Source: an uncultured virus (IMG/VR IMGVR_UViG_3300037313_000338)
Lineage: Duplodnaviria; Heunggongvirae; Uroviricota; Caudoviricetes
DNA: 64,000 bases
Virus record (IMG/VR): IMGVR_UViG_3300037313_000338
Reading direction: 5' to 3' (one strand)
Below the pieces are notes generated by a model. That model searched no databases. It saw nothing but the letters and a program-made list of their open reading frames with translations, and had not been told where the DNA came from. The position numbers were made by a program, and so were the translations under genes. Shown piece after piece: positions 47,804-58,511 of this stretch; position 1 is the stretch's first letter; every line of letters begins with the position of its first letter.

Positions 47804-48583
47804 ATGGCTAAGCCACCGCTGAAACCGGGTCAAGTTCCGGGTCGGCCCGTCATTCCACCGGGCAAACTTACTATTCGTCAGCTTCTAGATTCAACGCGTG
47901 TGAATTTCGGCAAGCAAGACTGGTCGCGTGCTAAGGCGCAAGGTCGACATTTCAGCGGTGACAAGGGGTTACTATACGATACGCACGTCAAGCTTAATAA
48001 ACCAAGCCGTGCACCATGGGGAATTCGTTTTCAAACGATCACTTACGCGCCGGAGCAATTCGGTACCGACGATCACGGTAGATTCCCGCGTCAATGGGTT
48101 CAGTACATCGAGTTACCCTTTGATTACGACCGCAAGAACGTGCGCAGTCTTCGGCAGTTTCGTGCGTTTTGTAACTGCCCGCGTTACCGATTTACGCATC
48201 ACTACGTCTTGTGGAAAACGGGACACGCCCCCAAGCCTAAAGGTAAGGGGTTAGAAGCTCCAAACTATGCACGCCGAGGATCACGCGCGCCTGCGGTGTG
48301 CAAACACCTTGTGCTAGCCATGCTCGCGGTCAATCGCGCCAGCATTACTAACACCCTGCCAAAGATGCTTCCTGACAAGGCGTGGGCTCAAATCGAAAAG
48401 TATTGGGCCGGGGTGGAGAGTGGTAATAACGATGCTATGATGGCGAACTTGAAAAACGCTCCGGATAGCGTTCGTAAGTTGGCAGTCAAAGTGGCGCAGG
48501 AAGGCAAGCCGCGTCAAACTATTAATAAGTTTACGCGTTCAGATTGGTCAGACAAAAATCTGAAGATTCCTCGAACAAGGTGA
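47804..48583 (+). CDS. SWIM zinc-finger-like protein
   Basis: FCNCPRY...VCKHL. Confidence 0.6.
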   Translation: MAKPPLKPGQVPGRPVIPPGKLTIRQLLDSTRVNFGKQDWSRAKAQGRHFSGDKGLLYDTHVKLNKPSRAPWGIRFQTITYAPEQFGTDDHGRFPRQWVQYIELPFDYDRKNVRSLRQFRAFCNCPRYRFTHHYVLWKTGHAPKPKGKGLEAPNYARRGSRAPAVCKHLVLAMLAVNRASITNTLPKMLPDKAWAQIEKYWAGVESGNNDAMMANLKNAPDSVRKLAVKVAQEGKPRQTINKFTRSDWSDKNLKIPRTR

Positions 48584-50118
48584 CGCATGCTAGTTGTTAA
48601 TTCAGCTACCGGAGACATTCGCGATTCAGTTACCGGCTTAGCGTACGACGCGAAGACTATAAAACACGGCCAAACACTTACGGTGTCCTACACATACCCT
48701 ATAGACCCGGATCGGTTTCTGACACCTGTGCAGAAGCTTATTAAAAGCAAATACCCAGCGCCACGTCACGACCGTTACAGCAGGCATAAACGATGAACGC
48801 TAGCACAAACGCTGTATTCAAACCTATGGATTTTATTAGAGACGAAATCCTGTATGGACGCCGCAAGGACGGAACTTATGTGCGGGAAACGCGTGGCACG
48901 TATGGTAAAAGTCATACCATGGACACCGTTGTAGCTGATCAATTATTAGATCATGAAATGCTATATCCGCACCAGAAAGAAGCTCTCAAGTTATTTAACG
49001 ATCACGAAGCTCCTATTCCTGTTACCGTACATATGGAAATGAATGAACGTGATATGCTAGAGCGCATTGGGCGGTTCGGGAAACCAACAGCGTCTATGGC
49101 GCATATCTATCGTGAAGTTAAAAAGATACTTAATGATGAACCGCCTACGCCTATGCGGCCGGTGGGCCGTTACGCTACCAATAAAACCGCCCGCTTTCAT
49201 GAACAGGTAGCTGAGCTAAAATCAGCCCTTCGCCAAAAGCATCAATTTATTAACAGGGCCGAACGCCGGAAGGCTAGCGCCAAGTTGCGTAAATCGATGA
49301 GATAGGGTTGGGTTATTTCTATGATGCAGATGTATCTAGCTTCTGCTGCGGGAACGCGCAGAATTAATGGTAAGACGCTGTTCAAATACGCCGTTCACTT
49401 AATCCCTACGGATGGCGGGGAAATCGCAGCGGAAGCTAGAGTGCGTGGTTTGTTCTCTGTGGAATACCCGGACTATGAGATTGGTATTATCTCGGTTTTA
49501 GAAGTGACGAAGACGGTTAGAGATTTCGTAGACGATAACCCAAGAGTGCATTGAGAGTTAATATGTGGACTGACACCGGCGTTTCCGATATCGTCGCCGT
49601 ACTAAAACGATTCAAATTCCAGGTGCGCGAATTGCCGCCTGAAGAAACTGTCTCAGGCAACCCCGGTTTCGAAGCGGTTTACGCAACGCGTATTACTATT
49701 CGCTTTGACGGCGATCTTTACATTGACGGTGAACCGCTGCTTACGCCTATGGGAGAGTTCGATATTAACTCTCATGAAAGCGTCATGTGGCTGACTACGC
49801 ATTTCCAGGAGATCGTCAACGATAGGCTTGCTCCACACGGCGGCCATATCGAAGAAATGCATGATGGAGATAATTCATGACATACATCCCACCCATTGAT
49901 GACTATTACTTTGATTAAAACAAACCCCGTAGCCTCGCGCTACGGGGTTTTTCTTTGCCCGAATTCAGGTTGTCAAGAGGTGCGTGCGGTAGATGCGACA
50001 AGTTGTCCAGTCGGGAATTAGTAGGCCCTTGCCTTGCGTAAAGCTTCACGGTATAATTACTATTCGTGGGATGGAACGCTCAATCAATTTACGCGCATCG
50101 AGAGAAAAGGGTCCGTGC

Positions 50119-51057
50119 ATGTCGCAACAGATTGCTAATATCAGTTCCTACAAACTCGAAGAAGCTCTAGACAACCTTATGGCCCCGGCTATTCGGGCTA
50201 TTAATTCGTGTTCTGACTTGTACGCTATCACCGTAGCCGACGCTTTGGCGGCGAAAGCGTTTGACGTGCGCCATCGGCCTAGCCGCTCGCAAACGTTTGA
50301 GAACGACGCGGCTGAGTTCTTGATTACACGAGATATTGAATTGGGCTTGCGTCTGAAGCTCAATCACGACCGCAACATCGCTATGTGTGATCAATTCTTG
50401 TTGAGCACCGCAGGTGCGGATAGCGCAACGGAATCTGCCATCTACCTAGATAGTAAAGCGCTCATTGCGATGAGCAACGCTGTCATGGGTACGGTTCCCG
50501 GTCGTCTGTTCATCGCACGATGTGAAGTTGATAACTCTTCTAAGCTGTTTCGCCAACTGCGTGAAATGATTGCTAAGAAATACGAACGGTTAGCGACGCA
50601 GCAAGCGGCGTTGCACGTCAAAGACCGGCCCAACGTTAATTATAAAGTCGCAGTGCAGCAAGCGACGCAAGGCATCTACACGGCTATTGATCGATTCTCC
50701 GGAGAGCGTGGCGCGTTAGCCTCGTACGTTGGTATGTGGCTGCGACAAGCGTTGCTCGACAAGACTAACCTGCAAGAGGGGGCCGCTATTGATATTGGCT
50801 CTAGTGGCGGCGGTGAAAACGATAAACGCGCAGCGTTCCTCGCTACGCATTCGACGGCTGCTATTTCGATTGACAGTGAGACGATTGGCGAAATACTCGC
50901 GCAAGATGATAGTGACGGATATGCTAATCGTCATGCCGAACACACGCGAGCGTTATCAGCGATCCATGCACTGCGTCCAGTTATGCGCGCAGCCGGTGAG
51001 TCTCTGCGTTATGAATTGAGCGGTGACGAGCGCCGTCTACTCATGCGGGTGAATTAA
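50119..51057 (+). CDS. phage sigma70-family factor (regions 2-3, truncated region 4)
   Basis: AVQQATQGIYTAIDRFSGERGALASYVGMWLRQAL matches region 2.2-2.4 (DL.Q.G..GL..A.DKFD..RG..F.TYA.WWIRQAI). Confidence 0.75.
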   Translation: MSQQIANISSYKLEEALDNLMAPAIRAINSCSDLYAITVADALAAKAFDVRHRPSRSQTFENDAAEFLITRDIELGLRLKLNHDRNIAMCDQFLLSTAGADSATESAIYLDSKALIAMSNAVMGTVPGRLFIARCEVDNSSKLFRQLREMIAKKYERLATQQAALHVKDRPNVNYKVAVQQATQGIYTAIDRFSGERGALASYVGMWLRQALLDKTNLQEGAAIDIGSSGGGENDKRAAFLATHSTAAISIDSETIGEILAQDDSDGYANRHAEHTRALSAIHALRPVMRAAGESLRYELSGDERRLLMRVN

Positions 51058-51701
51058 TATGTCTAAAGAAGCAATAGCCGTAGGGCATTTTGTAGAAGGT
51101 TCACAAGGCTGGAACGCGACTCCATCCTACCGAGGCGGCAAAACGGAAATGCAACGCCAGTGGATGGAAGAATTGCGTACGCCAGTTAGTATCGTGACGC
51201 AGACCAAAGTCACCGACGCTTTGAACCTGTTTCGACCAAATCCGAAGCACGCGCCTGTAACGATCTACAGCACGAGAGATCACAAACCTCTAGCCGTTAT
51301 TAGTGACTTAGCATGCCAAGCGTTCTCGGGTTAAGTGCACAAGACAAGCTCAAGCGCGATATACTGAAGGTCCTCCAGACTGAAGGTATTGCTTGTCGAG
51401 AAGACGAAATCACAGTTAATGACAACGGCGAGGTACTCGTCAGCGCATTTATCAGAGAAGCATTGGAGAGACGATACGGTCATTTTCCTCTGCACATGGA
51501 ATATCTGCCAAGAGACGCGAATTATTGGACGCGAGAAGCCCCCGACGGACCGATTGGAATCAAAAGATTCACGGTTCGACAGAGAATGTAATTTACGAAA
51601 GCTCACCAACAAAGAGTGAGCCATCCGCTCGACGCGACCGCCAGTGTTCATCTGACACGTAATAGGTCATCATAGAGCATCATCGAAAGAGAGTAATTAT
51701 C

Positions 51702-52730
51702 ATGGGCGTTAAGCTCAGTTCGGCCACCATTTCGTCTGGTGGTAGGGATCGTATCAAACTAGAAGACCTGTTCGATTTAGTGCAATTCAGCGGACAAGAG
51801 CCGAAGACGTTGCGCCCGATTGGTGAAATTCAGGCGGTCGGCACCCATTGGGTCGGTATTGTTACTAAAGAAGGTAAGAATACCAACATCGGTATCACGT
51901 GCCGCAACGTGAAACTCGATGGCACTGAAGACCCGCAAGGCGGTTGCGCGTTCTGTAAGATCGGCCACAAATCGAAGGTCAGTTATTACGAGAATTTCAT
52001 TGACACTGAAGAGGAAGAGAACCCGCCTCGTAACCTCGGCAAGCCTACTCCGGAAGAAAAGAAGGCCGGATTTAAGCTGAAGGGTACGAAGCTATGGACG
52101 CCCGTTCGTGTCATGGTGTTCCCCGGTGGCGTCGCGCAAACGATGCAGGGAATTACTAAAAAGAATAAGGATAAGGAACAGAAGGTTCGTGAGTTATCCG
52201 ATCCTTCGTTCGGTCGTGCACTCGACGTTGCTAAGGATACCCGCAAGGGTACTGCCCCCGCTAATATGTGGAGCGTGCAGAAGTCCGACAACATGATGCG
52301 CAAGCTGACTTCCGATCAGCGGGAATACTGGCTGTGGGATTTGTCTCTTCTTAAGAAGATGCTTCCTACCGCTAAGGAATCCGAAGCGGAAATGAAGAAG
52401 CTTGTCGTTATTATGCAAGACGAAGAGTTCGACAAGATCGATCTGTCCGACTATCCGGAGTTATCAGCGAAGAGGAAAAAGGACGGCAAGAAAAAGTCTA
52501 AGTCGGGTTCATTCGAAGTGGATGACGACGAGGACGATATGCCGAAGAAAAAGCGTCGTGTCATTGATGACGATGATGACGATGACGATGATATCCCGCG
52601 TCGGTCGAAAAAGCGTTCGCGTGACGACGATAACGACGACGATGAGGATGAAGACGATCTGCCGAAGCGCAAAAAGAAAAGCACGAAGAAAAAGAAGGGC
52701 AAGTCCTTCAACGTCAGCGACGTGTTTTAA
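51702..52730 (+). CDS. probable single-stranded DNA-binding protein (gp32-like)
   Basis: HW..C...CAFC putative zinc site, D.S.GR.LDV.K, acidic/basic tail ending in F; directly upstream of the recombinase. Confidence 0.55.
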   Translation: MGVKLSSATISSGGRDRIKLEDLFDLVQFSGQEPKTLRPIGEIQAVGTHWVGIVTKEGKNTNIGITCRNVKLDGTEDPQGGCAFCKIGHKSKVSYYENFIDTEEEENPPRNLGKPTPEEKKAGFKLKGTKLWTPVRVMVFPGGVAQTMQGITKKNKDKEQKVRELSDPSFGRALDVAKDTRKGTAPANMWSVQKSDNMMRKLTSDQREYWLWDLSLLKKMLPTAKESEAEMKKLVVIMQDEEFDKIDLSDYPELSAKRKKDGKKKSKSGSFEVDDDEDDMPKKKRRVIDDDDDDDDDIPRRSKKRSRDDDNDDDEDEDDLPKRKKKSTKKKKGKSFNVSDVF

Positions 52731-52780
52731 TTATTAGAAGGGCGGCGTAATAACCGCCCTTCTTTGCCCTCGGTAGGATC

Positions 52781-54319
52781 ATGGCTAAGAAATCGTCTCC
52801 CCCACCTAAAACCAAGACCAAGGTCAAAGCAGCCGACGTTTCGGCTGACAAGCCTTCTAAGAAGAGCACTGGTAAGAGCTTAGTCATTGTGCCTAGCGCA
52901 CGAGACATGGCTGCGTACGGGTCTAGTGACCCTGCTACTGAAGCTTTTAATAGTCTATTGTCTGCGCAATTCGATACGCTAGAGAAAAAGTACGAAATGA
53001 CCGGTGCAGCGACTCGTTCGCTGGACAAGATTTCTTCGGATTCCCTGGTGTGCGATCTAGTAACCGGCGGAGGTTTCACTCCTACGGGTATTAACCAGCT
53101 AGCTGGTGGTGAAGGTAGTGCTAAGACCACTACGACTTTCCACACGCTAGGACGTGCCCTAAGCGACCGCTCGGCATCGATGATTCACTTCAACGATCCT
53201 GAGAATACGTTCGATCAGGACTACGTTTCTAATATCTTCGGACCTAAGTTCGACGCGATGTTGCTAGAACGTCTGCGGTACGCTGACCAGAACATTCTGG
53301 AAAGCTACTTCGACTTCATCCGTGGCATTATCCGCACCTTGCCCGACAAGGTTTGGAACGATGACATTGGTTCGTTTGTCTATCGCATTAATAACAAGGT
53401 TCCTGAGCAAGTTGCGCTTCGGGAAGTGGCACAATCGCGTGGGATCAAACCTGATCCTAAGCTGTCCAACAAGGAATTTACTATCATTCCTTCGTTGACT
53501 TCTACGCCGCAAGCTCTGTTCATCCTCGACTCCATTCCCGCACTAATTACCGACAAGTCTGATGATCGCGAAAGCGACGAAGGCGGCGGTATGAGCGAGA
53601 AGGCGCGGGTGATGGCAGAAGTTCTGCCTAAGACGGCGGGACGTTTCCGCCGTAAGGGTGTTGTCGCCTTGTTTATTAACCAGCTTCGCGAGAAGCCGGG
53701 CGTCATGTACGGTTCGCCGATCTACGAACCCGGTGGTAACACACTGAAGTTCTACTCAGCGCAACGCACGTGGACTACTACTCGTGTTCCGCCGAACGAT
53801 ACCTTCAAAAAGGATAAGGAAGCGACGCAATTAAACGTCGAAGACAATCCGCTTGGTGGTAAGGATTACTATTCGTTCAAGGAATACAAGAACGTTAAAA
53901 ACAAGGCAGGTACTCCGTTCCTGCGCGGATGGTTCCGAGTTTGGACCGCCGACCCGGACGGCAACGGTCATGGCATCGATCCAGTGTTTGACCTTTGGGA
54001 ATATCTGTCGATGACCGGTCAAGTCGAAGGCAAGCGAGTTAGCGCAAAAGGCTTCCGGCTGTTACTACCCGGCGCGTCTAAGAACCTGGGTTCTGATGCT
54101 CCGCTGAATTGGCATACATTCAAGTTATTAGTGTTGGCCGAGAAGTATGGTGGTAAGTACCTGAAGGCTGCCAAGGAAGCTGGTTATTCCAAGCCTCCTA
54201 GGTTGCTGGAACTGGCATGGCAACAACGCGGCCCCAAAGCCTCGCAACTTCGTGCTGAACGTACGAAAGCCATTGCTGACGGCAGGGCCGAGAAAGACGA
54301 AATGAAAGAAGCCGCCTGA
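52781..54319 (+). CDS. recA: RecA/UvsX-family recombinase
   Basis: GGEGSAKTT Walker A, DPE, ILDSIPAL Walker B, FINQLREKPGVMYGSP.YEPGGNTLKFYS, VKNK. Confidence 0.9.
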   Translation: MAKKSSPPPKTKTKVKAADVSADKPSKKSTGKSLVIVPSARDMAAYGSSDPATEAFNSLLSAQFDTLEKKYEMTGAATRSLDKISSDSLVCDLVTGGGFTPTGINQLAGGEGSAKTTTTFHTLGRALSDRSASMIHFNDPENTFDQDYVSNIFGPKFDAMLLERLRYADQNILESYFDFIRGIIRTLPDKVWNDDIGSFVYRINNKVPEQVALREVAQSRGIKPDPKLSNKEFTIIPSLTSTPQALFILDSIPALITDKSDDRESDEGGGMSEKARVMAEVLPKTAGRFRRKGVVALFINQLREKPGVMYGSPIYEPGGNTLKFYSAQRTWTTTRVPPNDTFKKDKEATQLNVEDNPLGGKDYYSFKEYKNVKNKAGTPFLRGWFRVWTADPDGNGHGIDPVFDLWEYLSMTGQVEGKRVSAKGFRLLLPGASKNLGSDAPLNWHTFKLLVLAEKYGGKYLKAAKEAGYSKPPRLLELAWQQRGPKASQLRAERTKAIADGRAEKDEMKEAA

Positions 54320-54438
54320 CTTGGACCGGCGAACTAATTTTCAACTGCTCCCGTAAGAGAGCTTCGAAGCATCGAGAAACGGAGGGCGGGAGTTAATAGC
54401 GAAATGCTCCCGCCCATTAAAAAGGATTAGTGTTTACA

Positions 54439-54903
<465 letters not shown>

Positions 54904-54911
54904 TTATTAGA

Positions 54912-55109
54912 ATGGATGATCAAGAATTTCTCATTCAGTTCTTCCATTACGAACATCTACCAATTGAGAAACAAGGGGTGTCAAAGCCCTTTGGTGAGTT
55001 AGCAAAACTCATTGTACAAACACTGCCACGTAACCCGGAACGTACGACGGCTCTTCGAAAGCTGTTGGAAGCTAAGGACTGTGCGGTGAGAGCTTCATTC
55101 GCCAAGTAG
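54912..55109 (+). CDS. small conserved phage protein, possible Acb2/Tad1-like helical hairpin
   Basis: FF.Y.HLP...Q.VSKPF..LA......LP..PERT.ALRKLLEAKDCAVRA. Confidence 0.55.
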   Translation: MDDQEFLIQFFHYEHLPIEKQGVSKPFGELAKLIVQTLPRNPERTTALRKLLEAKDCAVRASFAK

Positions 55110-55172
55110 AAGTTAGGCCCTAGTATTTCGGTACTAGGGCCTTTCTTATGAAGTGCTACAGGATACGTTAGT

Positions 55173-57521
55173 ATGCCTATTTCGCTAAAAAAGCCATGGG
55201 GCGATTACATCTGCCCGACCGACAATTTTTATATGCTGCGCCCGGCAGGTATGGGCGGTAGCCCTAAGCGATACAAGCATAGGCTACTGGTCGTGTACGA
55301 CCGCCCGTTCCACAACGATACGGAAGTGGGTGAACTTCACAGTTATAAAGCGGGCACAACCATGCTCGCGAATACACCCGAATGGCGCAAGCCTACTATG
55401 CCTTCCGAGACCATTGACCGGTTACTTCATGTGGCTGGTTACGAGAAGTGGGATAAGGTTGCTGTCGGGTGGCAATTCCACGACCTAGAAGACTTGACGG
55501 ATGATTTAGTAGAACGCGCCTTCCAAGCATTTGACAAACGTCTGACGTACTACATCAAAAAGTTGGAACCTACCGCGATCCTATTCATGGGAGACGCGCC
55601 GTTAGTAAACTACGCCAAACGCAAGGGTAAACGCGTGCCTGTTGGGCGCGTGTTTAAGTACAAGGGCGTTGACGCGATCTGGACGGTTCCAGCGGCTCCG
55701 CTTTGCGTACCTGATCCTGGTACGTCTTCGTTATTAGGCCAAGCGATGGATCATGCTGACGCAGTGCGCGTTGGCAAGAACCGCTACACGGCCCGTAAGC
55801 TGGAGCAACCTACCGAAATAGTATACTGCGATACGCTGGATAAGGTTGAAGAGGCTGTTGAAGCCTGTCTTGCGTCACCGCAATTCGCGTACGATACGGA
55901 AGGCGCAAACCTCAATCGTATCATCAACACGTTATTATCTGTCCAGTTGGCTCCCACTACCGACAAGGCGTACTTCATTCCTTGCGCGCACGTAGACAGC
56001 CCATTCGGCGGCAAGACACTAGACCAAGTTTACGCCAAGCTGCGACGACTGTTTCATACGTACACGGGTACGGTTATTACCGCGCACGGCAAGTACGATT
56101 TGATTATGGCACGCGTGCAACTGAAGGTACCGCATATGCGGTTCAAGTTGTACGACGTTGCGGCGGCTGAATACGCCATCGACGAGAACCGGAAATACTA
56201 CAGCGCAATTATTAGCGCACAGAAGGTTTATCTAAGCGTCGATGGTGAACGCAAGGCTGAGAAAGACCGCGACAAGCACAACAAGAACAAGTTGTCTGCG
56301 TGGGGTCTACAGCGCATCGAAGAGGACTACGGGATAAGCCGAGGCGAAGACATTCTCGGTAAGGACCAACGTACTAACATGTCGGCAGTGCCGTTGGAAC
56401 AAATCGTCCCATACGGTATCCTTGACGTTGTGAACCTGTTATTAATCAAGGAACAGCAAGAACGTCTAGCTAAACGACGAGGGTTCCCCAACTTCCAAGG
56501 CTATGTTGAACACCTGGGGTTAATGACTCACGTGTTCGCGAGCATGGAGGTGCGCGGGTTGCCTACAGACGTGCCTGCGCTGATTGCGCTACGCAAAGCA
56601 GACGGGCCGGTGCGTAAGGCCATTCGCGAAGCCAAAGCGATATTAATGGAAAGCGATGCTGCGAAGCACGCAAACGCCATGTTATTGCGGCAGATCGGAG
56701 CACCAGCGAAAAGCCTATGGGGCAATCAGACAGCCTGGGTGTTCAATCCAGACAAAGACGAGAGCCAACAAACATTATTCTTCGGCGTGCTACACCTGAA
56801 AGGGTTTGGTATCACGGCGACGGGTAAGAAATCAGTAGGCAAGCAGTTCCTCAAAAATAATGCTGCACACCCTATCGTCGCGGCGTATGCCGATTACGTA
56901 GAAGCTAAGAAGTTCAAGACCGGATTCGTCGACAGCTTTGCCGCTATTATTTCGACCAATCCTGACGCTCGCGCCACACAACGCATTAGGTCCAGTTACG
57001 GCTTCCTGACTGTGTTGACCGGGCGAACGTCGTCTACGGACCCGAACCTTCAGAACCTTCCGGCTCACGGTAAGCTAGCCAAGCTTATTAAGAAGATTAC
57101 GAAGGCCGTGTTCGGTTACGGGTTAATCAAACAAGACTTCGGCCAGAACGAAATCCGCGGCTACGCTATTATCTCCAAAGATAGTGCGTACGCGGCCAAA
57201 TTCTGGAATAGTATCTTGATGCATAAAGCCTACCGCGTTGCAACTGATCCGGCGAAGATCGATGAGCTTCACAAGGAATGGGACACGAAGGGTGACACGC
57301 ACGTTCAGGCGGTGTGGGACTTCTTCAAGCAACGAGTTAATAAGAAACACGCGTTGAGGCAGGCGGTTAAGGCCGTCATCTTCGGCGTGCTGTACGGTAA
57401 ATCGGCTAGGTCGCTAGCTTTGGAACTAGCGTTAGTGGAAATCAAACAGCTTCGCGAGGAACTTAAAGCTCTGCGCGCGGCTAATGATAACCAAGACAAC
57501 GAACGAAAGCGGGCAGCTTGA
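55173..57521 (+). CDS. polA: family A DNA polymerase, N-terminal part (UDG-like domain, 3'-5' exonuclease, motifs A and B)
   Basis: IKKLEPTAILFMGDA (UDG-like), ExoI YDTEG, ExoII HGKYDL, ExoIII YGILDV, TGRTSSTDPNLQNLP, motif A QDFGQNEIR, motif B RQAVKAVIFGVLYG; no motif C. Confidence 0.9.
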   Translation: MPISLKKPWGDYICPTDNFYMLRPAGMGGSPKRYKHRLLVVYDRPFHNDTEVGELHSYKAGTTMLANTPEWRKPTMPSETIDRLLHVAGYEKWDKVAVGWQFHDLEDLTDDLVERAFQAFDKRLTYYIKKLEPTAILFMGDAPLVNYAKRKGKRVPVGRVFKYKGVDAIWTVPAAPLCVPDPGTSSLLGQAMDHADAVRVGKNRYTARKLEQPTEIVYCDTLDKVEEAVEACLASPQFAYDTEGANLNRIINTLLSVQLAPTTDKAYFIPCAHVDSPFGGKTLDQVYAKLRRLFHTYTGTVITAHGKYDLIMARVQLKVPHMRFKLYDVAAAEYAIDENRKYYSAIISAQKVYLSVDGERKAEKDRDKHNKNKLSAWGLQRIEEDYGISRGEDILGKDQRTNMSAVPLEQIVPYGILDVVNLLLIKEQQERLAKRRGFPNFQGYVEHLGLMTHVFASMEVRGLPTDVPALIALRKADGPVRKAIREAKAILMESDAAKHANAMLLRQIGAPAKSLWGNQTAWVFNPDKDESQQTLFFGVLHLKGFGITATGKKSVGKQFLKNNAAHPIVAAYADYVEAKKFKTGFVDSFAAIISTNPDARATQRIRSSYGFLTVLTGRTSSTDPNLQNLPAHGKLAKLIKKITKAVFGYGLIKQDFGQNEIRGYAIISKDSAYAAKFWNSILMHKAYRVATDPAKIDELHKEWDTKGDTHVQAVWDFFKQRVNKKHALRQAVKAVIFGVLYGKSARSLALELALVEIKQLREELKALRAANDNQDNERKRAA

Positions 57522-57632
57522 GTCCATAAATCCAGCTGCATAATGTTTCGGGTCATGTCAAGTGCGCCCTCAGTCCGCGTGTTGGCGGACTGAGGGCGAT
57601 GTGCTATATTAATCTCACTCGGGGAATGTCAG

Positions 57633-57824
57633 ATGGTTGAAATCATTAAACGCGGTACGCTCAAATACGAAAAGGTCTATGAGGCGACCTGTAGACAATG
57701 CACGACGGAATTCACTTTCAAGCGGCATGAAGCCGCAGAACTCTACGACCCACGTGAGGGAACTGCGTTAGGTATTAATTGTCCGCTTGCTGGTTGCAAT
57801 AACGAAGTATGGGTGAACGCGTAA
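57633..57824 (+). CDS. small zinc-ribbon protein inserted between polymerase halves
   Basis: CRQC...CPLAGC; GGGGA RBS. Confidence 0.7.
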   Translation: MVEIIKRGTLKYEKVYEATCRQCTTEFTFKRHEAAELYDPREGTALGINCPLAGCNNEVWVNA

Positions 57825-58012
57825 TGGCTCGGTTGCTGCCTGTAGTTGATGGACGTGTGACGTACAGAGGGCGACCGCAGCTAGGTTCTGGTAAAGTTAT
57901 TAGTATCAACGACAAATGGGTGAACGTCTTGTGGGACGTTAGATTGTCTGACACGCACCGGTACGCTCGCATCAACCACATCGACGAACTAGAAGGTCTA
58001 GCCGATGACTGA
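57824..58012 (+). CDS. small beta-rich protein between polymerase halves
   Basis: TAATG coupling; GRV.Y...P.LG.GKV pattern (SH3-like). Confidence 0.55.
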   Translation: MARLLPVVDGRVTYRGRPQLGSGKVISINDKWVNVLWDVRLSDTHRYARINHIDELEGLADD

Positions 58013-58511
58013 CGATAGTAACAAGTCTGAACAGCCTTTGATCTTCAGCAGTGACATTGGGTTTACGACAACGAAAACTGCCGCTAGCGAAATTCGCGAG
58101 GCTTTGACTGACGTACTAACTCGTTGTGTGAAAGACGGCGTAGCTCCAGCACATATCGCTTATGATATCGAGCAAGCGTTTCTCATGCATTTCGGCGTGA
58201 ATCTTACTAAAGTTGTCGAAGCCCAACGTGGCTTTGAACAACCTCCGGTGATGGGCGCGTCTGATATACTGGAAGCTGCTATAGCTGGAATACGGTTGCG
58301 GCTCGGTAAGAGACTTGGTTCTCATAGTGATTCAATCGTCGGTCCCGGCGTTGCGCCTAACTGTGGCTTCTCCGTTACGTCGCTTGACGATCCAGATGAC
58401 TGGACGCGTTACGAACTGACGGTGAAAGAAAACAAACCCACCGAAAAATATAAAGAGTCCATCCGCCGTAGCGTGAACGCCATTATGGAGAAAGCTTCCA
58501 GCAATGAGTAG
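58005..58511 (+). CDS. hypothetical protein between polymerase halves
   Basis: 168-aa ORF overlapping both neighbours by 8 nt. Confidence 0.65.
   Translation: MTDDSNKSEQPLIFSSDIGFTTTKTAASEIREALTDVLTRCVKDGVAPAHIAYDIEQAFLMHFGVNLTKVVEAQRGFEQPPVMGASDILEAAIAGIRLRLGKRLGSHSDSIVGPGVAPNCGFSVTSLDDPDDWTRYELTVKENKPTEKYKESIRRSVNAIMEKASSNE

Noticed and set aside
57522..58503. Group I intron or split intein interrupting the polymerase
   Set aside because: No recognisable P/Q/R/S core, no intein terminal residues and no homing-endonuclease motifs. The gap is filled by ordinary coupled ORFs, and both halves carry their own extra terminal helices.
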